Part shown: piece by piece, positions 55,190-64,000 of the stretch
Layout: each line of letters opens with the position of its first letter
Position numbering within the stretch: the stretch's first letter is position 1
NCBI GenBank assembly: GCA_951406725.2
Contig: OX597815.1
Coordinates: forward strand, 26,164,001-26,228,000
DNA length: 64,000 nt
Reading direction: 5' to 3'
Source: Octopus vulgaris
Taxonomy: Eukaryota
Notes under the pieces: model-generated
What the model was told of the DNA's origin: nothing
Seen by the model: the letters and a program-made list of their open reading frames with translations, nothing else
Database searches by the model: none
Made by a program: the position numbers and the translations under genes

Positions 55190-55850
55190 TTACTGGCTGG
55201 CTGTTGTCTTCCAATTTTCCGACTATGCCGAGATCACGCAGTTTGTAACATATTCTATGATCGACTTAATCGAAGGCTTTCACTAAATCAAGATATATCA
55301 CTTTCACATTTCAGTGGTTGAGCAACTGTTTTAACATCCACTCGTACTGTTTTGGAGCTGGGTCTGACAGCTTCTCGATTGTCGAAAACCATGTCGGGTG
55401 TTAGCAATTCACTCTCTTCAAGGAACGTGTTTAGTTTCCTTTCAACAATTCGTTCTATGACTTACTATGTGAGAGCACAGAGAAATCCCTGCAATTTTGA
55501 GCAATTGCTCTGCTTCCACTTTTAATACCTTCTTTTAACATGCCTGGAAACTGGTCATTTGTGAGGAAGTTCAGGAAAGTGACAACAGTAGTTTTGTAGT
55601 TTGTTTACAGGGCTTTAGAAGGATTGTAGGGGACCTCTCGGGGTCAGTAGCTGAGTTTAGATTTATTTTATACCTGGCTAGAATCAGATTTTTAATGTTA
55701 AAGTAATCGATTGTTGATGCGTCCCTATATGCGGCTGTAATAGCCAAGAACTCATCTAACTTGCTCGCTTGCATGAGCCTCAAAGGAGGGATGAAAATAC
55801 TTGTGAATTGCTTATACACTATTTTCCTTATCCTTTGGGGGTTTGCAGTT
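55190..55850 (-). mobile_element. Decayed CR1/L2-type LINE RT fragment
   Basis: VIERIVERKLNTFLEE, HGFRQSRSCQTQL, IYLDLVKAFD.VDH, KLRDLGIVGKL. Confidence 0.85.
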
Positions 55851-55986
55851 AGTGAGCCATACATACATATGTACCACGTCCTATCGTAGTTGCTTTTTTC
55901 TTGTCTTTTTTCTCCGTTCTTTTTATTAACTGGATACATACATACACACACATATATGTGTGAATATACATATACATATACGTGCG

Positions 55987-56036
<50 letters not shown>

Positions 56037-56913
56037 AATATATGTACATAGAGGTATGTATACACAGGCATACACACACACACACTTGCACAACCGGGCA
56101 CAAATATACGTAAATAATCCCATTTATATTCCTTAATTGTTACATACTTTTCAATGTCTGTGGATTATGCAGTTTTTGATCTTTCTGAGAAATCCAAGTT
56201 CAGTTACGCTTTCATCCCACGAAGGCAGATATATTGATGCCTGATCCGATAATAATATCGATAAATTCAAGCATATATTTGAGATTCTGAACCGACAAAC
56301 CCCTTTACAACGAAGAAGCCATCAATTTCTTATATATTTCAGTACATTCACATCAAAAGACCGTTCAGAATTTACAGCATTTTGTTTTTCCCTTTTCTAA
56401 TAATATCGAGTCGATTGTCTTTGCGTATAAGTTCCCGATTTATTTTTGGAATCAACGATTTTCTCCAGATTCTCTTTGTCTCCGTATATTTGTGCGGTTG
56501 ATATTCAGCTCAGATTAGTTCTTTTGTTCGAGCAGACATATATGAACCAAGTCATTCCAACCGTGATATTCACGCTAATTTCTGGCATAACGTATCTAAT
56601 ATGACAGGGTGGTTTTGAGATGGATGTAGCTGCTATATCTAGCATCCTGTTTTACTGCGTTCAAGCATCCTCATTCATATATTTTTGTTATCTTCTTTCT
56701 TTTATCTTTTACTTATTTCAGTCATTACACTGCGGCTATGCTGGAGCACTACCTTGAAGAATTTTTAGTCCAATGTATCAATCCGAGCACTTATTTCTAA
56801 AGCCTGCTGTTTACTGATATGTTTGATTTATTTCGTTCGCTATTGATATTCCGACGCGAATGTCGTTTCAGACTATTGTAGCAAGCTTACATCCAGATTT
56901 CCAGCTGCTGATA

Positions 56914-57341
56914 GGCTTAGGAGTGGCTGTGTGGTAAGTAGCTTGCTTACGACCACATGGTTCCGAGTTCAGTCCCACTGCGTAGCACCTTGAGCAAGTG
57001 TTCTCTATTATAGCCTCGGGCCGACTAAAGCCTTGTGAGTGGATTTGGTAGACGGAAACTGAAAGAAGCCCGTCGTATATATGTATATATATACGTGTGT
57101 ATGTGTGTGTGTATATGTTTGTGTATCTGTGTTTGTCCCCCCAGCGTCGCTTGACAACCGATGCTTGTGTGTTTACGTCCCTGTATCTTAGCGGTTCGGC
57201 AAAAGAGACCGATAGAATAAGTACTAGGCTTACAAAGAATAATTCCTGTGGTCGATTTGCTCGACTAAAGGCGGTGCTCCAGCATGGCTACAGTCAAATC
57301 ACTGAAACAAGTAAAAGAGTAAAAGAGTAAAAGAGAAAGAG
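56914..57341 (+). mobile_element. Full-length SINE A
   Basis: Matches family A. Confidence 0.9.
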
Positions 57342-60144
57342 CAGGTAATATCTAGATATCATTCCCTTATGTTTGATTTTATAGAAGTTTCTTTACAATG
57401 TGATGCTACTTATTTGTAGACATCACGTGCCAAATTTTCCCTCTGTCTCTTTTTTTATCCCCTATACCAGTGCTTCTCAAGCTAACAACCTCCATCCATA
57501 CAAAATATTAAAGAATTTTTCATCCTTCCCCATTTCTTTATTGATGTAAAACAAAATATAGTTTACATGTGGTTTCTCTCGTTATATTAGCCATTAAAAG
57601 GGAGGTAATCACTTCTACATAATATGCGATATAGGAATCTGATTTTGACATTAAGGAATTATGAGGGAAAAAAATGCATAGAATTCGCAAATTAAATTTT
57701 TTTGTTTACTTTCTTGCAGGGGGTTATCATGTATAATACTGTTTTATTCTTTTTAGAAATCGCCAGCATGATCTAACTTATGATTTATTCACCACAGATT
57801 ATTTTTAAGAGGTGAGATATATTATCCAAGATGAAAATAATTACAATCCAAAGGAAGTTCATGCAATGTATTTTATTTCTATTTTCTTCACAGAACGGCA
57901 ATTGAATAGTTTACGAAACAAAGCGAAAGAAAGAACGTTCTTAGTTTGCATCCATATAATTCTTCTATCTTTATCGTGGTGATGGATGAGTTTAAAAAGT
58001 TTTAAGTCTTTTTATTATAAATGCTGCTCTGTCTGCTTCCTTTTAGTCTTCTCTGGTCCCTTCATTTCTTAGCTGCCTCACTTAAGTGCACATACAATAA
58101 TTGAGGATTATCATAATGTTAAAACCATTCTTTTAATCTTTTGGCGATGCCGTAACTTAGTTTACAGGCTGATATTGGAATATTGGAATTAATAAAGGTG
58201 TTTATCTTTCAATAATGATTTTGATGTTTATTTAAATTATAGCAATTTAAACTATTTTTAGTTTTTCTTCCCAATTCATCTATAATTTTCTCCGCTGAAT
58301 AACATTTTGCCGTATACAGTAAGTATTTCTCATTTAGATCACTCTTGGTGTTGTAAAACCACTTCAATGCTTCAGCGAAGGATACTAAGAGAAGTTAATT
58401 TGGTTTAGATTATTAATGAGAAGTGGATTTCAGGTTTGCTGGAAGTTATTATCATTGAGAAGTCAGTTACATTGACAGAGTGAATAAGATTACCTTTCTC
58501 ATCGGAAATAAGTCATGGAAGGCTATGTTGACTAGGAAGGTGTATGTCATAGAACTCCTTGAACAGCCAAGAGTTGTATCAATGACAGTTCTGATTGCTT
58601 CACTCAACTTCTTCCACTGGGGTCGTAAAAGGGAGCCGTACCTCGATGAAACTAATGCGTCAGCTAGGAGGAAATTGAAAATCATCTGGCAATATGACTG
58701 GAATTTTTATTTCGCTGTCTTACCAAAATTGTTTATAGATTATGCAAAAGATCTTTTATACCTTAAACTTTCCATTAAGGTAATTCCGAAGTTCATTAAC
58801 CACTAATAGTACATTTTTTAAAATAATTACTTCAAGATATTTAATATTGTATATTTCGGAATGTCGAGTTCCTAAAATTTCAAAACAGCTTCTATTTCTA
58901 CATGATGTATGGAAGTATGGTTGTTGTATACTTCATAGCAGAGTGAGGGCAATATCTAACGTACAAAAATTGCTATAGAGTTAATTAGTTCATTTAGGTA
59001 GCAGGTCATGCAGCTTCCTGTTTTATATCAGGCTACAACGATTGTAGAGGTGAGCCAACGAGGATTGCGTCATGAATCAACAAGGGAACTTCTAAACGAT
59101 TGATCGTTCAGCAAGAAGCAACATCAAAATCTTATTTGAAATATACCACACCATCTTAAAAAAGAAAGGACTTATTGGATAGTACAAGTTTAATTGACTA
59201 TATTTAAGTAATTAAAGCTAATTTGTACTAGTAATTACAGAAAGTCAGATAGAGTTTTGCAAAAAAGTCCTTGTTAAATCGGAATAATTGGTTTAACCGA
59301 TTCTCGCGTATCGGTTAAATGAAATTTCATTGATATTACAAAATATTTCAGGAGCTTCGAAAAAGGCTGCTCCTGGAATATTTTGTAATATCAATGAGAT
59401 TTTATATAAAGCAGTTTCATTTTTTTTTTATGTGTCAGTATCGAATACAATAGAGCAGAATGCAGGAATTAAATTGATTTTCCTATCAAACAGGAAATGT
59501 CTATGTGTTTTCGTGATGGTGAATTATAACAGTTAATAAGAATTTCTGTTTGAAGATTTCGACAGGGCCTTAGTATCACTTTGTTCATGTTATGGTTTAC
59601 ATAACTGCCAAAAAAAAATTTCTTTCCATTTTCTTCTTAGCTGACACTTGTGTTTTTCTCTTGTTTTCTTTTTACTAATAACACGGTTCAACACAATAAT
59701 ATATAAGAGGGAGCTCGCCCTAAAACTTTTTCTTACGCCTAATTTGTGAATCTTTCTCTGGCTCCTTGATTGAACTGAAGTACATAACTGTAATACTTCA
59801 ATTACGCGCACCCCAATGACTAACCATTATTTTCTTTTTTCGTCAGTTGTAACTATGGTATTCTAGCAACGTTTCTCAAAGTTATATAATTTGTTCGTAT
59901 TTGTACTTTTTCAGGAAAAACAAATTACACGGGGCATATGTGTTTTTCCTGAATAACGTTCCACATGCTATGCTAGCTTAGCCATTATCTTCAACTGCTT
60001 TTCCTCTGCTTTTATCGTGAATAACTGGCACAAGCTAACAAGTATTGAAAGAGTTTTGGCGAATAGTTTTCCAAGTCTATGTGGGCAGTGCAATGTCGTG
60101 TAAGTATACGTGTTAATGGACCAACTGCATATACACACACACAA

Positions 60145-60232
<88 letters not shown>

Positions 60233-60258
60233 ATGTGTGTGTGTATATATATATATAT

Positions 60259-60296
<38 letters not shown>

Positions 60297-60301
<5 letters not shown>

Positions 60302-60372
60302 CACATGCATAAAAATGTATGTAGGTGTGTGTATACATGCACACCTACATACATTTTTATGCATGTGTAAAT
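60297..60372. repeat. Perfect 33-bp-arm hairpin
   Basis: ATTTACACATGCATAAAAATGTATGTAGGTGTG / CACACCTACATACATTTTTATGCATGTGTAAAT with 10-nt spacer. Confidence 0.95.
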
Positions 60373-60403
60373 ATATATATATATATATAAATATACATAC
60401 ACA

Positions 60404-60501
<98 letters not shown>

Positions 60502-60957
60502 GATAAGCATGTATGTATCATTTAGCGAGTGCATATGTATGCGTCTGTGTGTTTATACTGTATGCATGCTTGTTTGTTGAGCTGGATAGTAAGAACTCAT
60601 GGGTATACGGATGAATCGGTGTAAGCATATATCGATGTCACAGTCGAAATGTCAGTACCAGTAGTAGAGAAGTTGAATGTCTAAGTGGTTCTTGTTGTTG
60701 TTGTTGTTGTTGCTGTAGCAGTAGCAGTAGCAGCTGTAGGAGAAGTAATGGGTGCGTATGCGATTCCTCCTATATTGCAGAGGATTTTGGTTGTTTATAT
60801 ATATATTTATTCTACTGGTTCATACACAAGCACACACACTCACATACATATACATACATACATGCATGCATACATACATACATACATACATACATACATA
60901 CATACATACATACATAAACACATGCATATATATACATACATACATACATATACATGT

Positions 60958-60990
<33 letters not shown>

Positions 60991-61309
60991 TATATGTATG
61001 TATGAATGTATGCATAAATATATATATATATATATATATATACATAAATATCTATATACGTGTATTTGTATATATGCATATATATGCATATATAAATACA
61101 TACATATATATGTATATATATATGTGTGTGTGTGTATATAAATATATACATATATATATATATACCTATACGTGCTTATGTGTAGTGCTTGTGTTTGTCA
61201 AATACATTTATATATATATATATACACACATATATATATACATATATATATACATATCTATCTATCTATATATATACATGTATACACACATACACGTATA
61301 TATATATGT

Positions 61310-61363
<54 letters not shown>

Positions 61364-62898
61364 ATTAAGTTTATTTTTCAAAACACAGATCAATAGCTCA
61401 AATCTAACGCTTTGTACCGAAATAAAACTCATCGTCTCAATTGTTTCTCTTAGAATTTGTAATAAAACTCAGAAGTTTCCTTAAACTTGTTTGTTGGTTT
61501 TTTTTTTCTTTTGTCTTTTCTTTTTTCTTAACCAATCAATGGATCAATTCGACCCGTCAATCGATGTTGTTTTTGTCTTCCAAAATTGAAATGTTCCACC
61601 ATAGTAACTTTATCGACATTCCGGAAAATATATGATTACTAGTTTTCGCGAAGATGAGAAGAACATTTTTAAAGTGAGCGTCTTCAAAACAATGGTTATC
61701 TTTAGTTTTCAAAATCAGTCGTCAAATGTTGCAGAACAATAGGAAGTCGCTCGCATTTGTAACGCCATTATTTCCTTCAGTCGGTTGACTGTGTGCGCGT
61801 AAGAAGCTTCCATTGTGTATGTGTATGAGCTTATATGGGTGTATGAGAAAGAGAGAAAGGGAGAGGAATAAAGAAATAACGAAAGAGAGAGAAAAGGAGA
61901 GATGAGGGATTTATTAATCACTAACCGCTCACTTCATGTGATCATAAGTAAGGCTTGCTGCGAAGCGCATATGTATGACGGGAGGCTAACAGATAAGGGT
62001 GAGTGTTAGAACGTTAGAACGCCTGACCAAGCGGTTGTCATCAATCCACCACTATTTGGGTCAATAAATATCATTGTGAACAAAGGTTAGAATCAATAAC
62101 TGAACAAGGAACCAGTCTGAGAAAGCTGAGCTGTAGTTCCCCTATCGTTAGTTCTTCGAACAAAGTTACAATTCTATTTATCAGGCAATATGTCTCTGAC
62201 ATTTATCAATTCGTTTTCATTTCGGTGTTTCAGATTAAGGAAGTGTGGTTACGCAACAGAGATGTTTCACTGTGCTGCCTATTGTTGTCTTTGAACTCAG
62301 TCACAAGTCCACCTCATTGAAAATGATTCCTTCAAAATATAATGCCGAACACGTCAACTTTCAAAAGAATATTAACAGAGAAAACAATGAGTTATTCCAA
62401 CCACAGCTATTTTCATTAATGCAACGTCTCTCACTGGCTTCACCGTTGTGGTGTCAAACGTCTTTATGCGGCAAGGGACAACAATACCAGGAAGTAATAA
62501 GGTCACACGCTCCGGATCTGAGTAACAACAGATCCAAGTTATGTTTTCATCTGAAATTTAATTTTGCTTATTCGACAGTTAATGAGGTAAAACGGAAGGG
62601 TCAATATATCACATGATATGGTGTTATGTGTTCCATAGAGCTTCCGGGAGAGGTAAACAGTAAGAAGATTTGCTTGTACACGATATATCCATTGTTGTCA
62701 GAGGGCACATTACATCTACAGACATCATAAACATACTTTATAACTAAATTTCCAGAGCATAATTATCATTAACAAAAATATGTTGTCACAAAGGAAATAA
62801 TGCATTACATTCACACACACGCATATAAACTGATATATATATATAAAAAAAATACAAGCACACACACACTCACACAAACATATATAATTTACTCATAC

Positions 62899-62941
<43 letters not shown>

Positions 62942-62978
62942 TACATACACACACATATATATGTATATAGTCAGACAG

Positions 62979-63036
<58 letters not shown>

Positions 63037-63058
63037 ATAGATAGTTAGATAGATAGAC

Positions 63059-63101
<43 letters not shown>

Positions 63102-63116
63102 AAGATAGAGAAAGAG

Positions 63117-63151
<35 letters not shown>

Positions 63152-63152
63152 C

Positions 63153-63248
<96 letters not shown>

Positions 63249-63480
63249 TGCAAATTCATCAAAAAGTAATATGCAATTATTACCTAAAGACTATTAATTA
63301 TTTCTCTTTGACAAAATATTTCTAACGTAATATTCTTAAGGAAATGTCTTCGAGGACAGATCTAAGCCATTGAGTGAAACATTTTAATTACACCGACCAC
63401 TTTAGTTTAGCTTCATAATACTCAACTTAGAACTTCATTACTGACGTCTTTCAGATTCTCTTATATGATGACACGTTATT

Positions 63481-63587
<107 letters not shown>

Positions 63588-63653
63588 TGATAATAAGGTG
63601 AATGAAGAGTTTGAACATTCAAACTTTACGTTTGTTTCCAGTTAGTTTATTCG

Positions 63654-63890
63654 TAATAGTTGTCCGACACGTGTTTCGATCACACTAACTGCATATTGTT
63701 ACATCCCCGTAAATTAGCGGTTCGGCAAAAAAGACCGATAGAATAAGTGCCAGGTTTACAAAGAATAAGCTCTGGGGTCGATTTACTCGACTATAAAGGC
63801 GGTGCTCCAGCATGGCCGCAGTCAAATGACTGAAACAAGTAAAAGAGTAAAAGAGTCAGTGCGATCGAAACACGAGTCAGACAATTATTA
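63654..63890. repeat. 37-bp inverted repeats (hammerhead 3' half) flanking a 5'-truncated SINE A (63699-63856, +)
   Basis: 63654-63690 vs 63854-63890, 5 mismatches; arms contain GAAACACG(T/A)GTC. Confidence 0.8.
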
Positions 63891-64000
63891 ACCCTTTGAA
63901 CTCTGACCTCCTGGACCTTATTTGATCATATACCTAGCACTCCACCGGTAGAGCGGTGCTACGGTATAGAGAAAATAAGCCATCCACCGGTAATCCGGTG

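Overview
AT-rich, microsatellite-saturated animal genomic DNA. The SINE families and (AT)n/(AC)n/(ATAC)n/(AAT)n density point to an octopus or other coleoid cephalopod (inference). Almost all ORFs in the supplied track are microsatellite or SINE artefacts. The window is mostly intronic or intergenic. It holds many tRNA-derived SINEs, fragments of RTE, CR1/L2 and R4/Dong-type LINEs, mariner and pogo remnants, a non-autonomous Helitron, decayed Penelope-like elements (PLEs) and one well-supported candidate exon (39495-39686, minus). The main discovery is a young, non-coding, ~596-bp tandem repeat at 35.4-37.2 kb. Each unit carries a complete type I hammerhead ribozyme, so it looks like a retrozyme (circRNA-type element). 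It is inserted with a twin-priming-like 5' inversion, and its ribozyme has a very long stem II that contains a decoy for stem I. Several other complete, variant, half or decayed hammerhead motifs and local templated inversions occur across the window. All structures were read by eye; no folding or database search was run.
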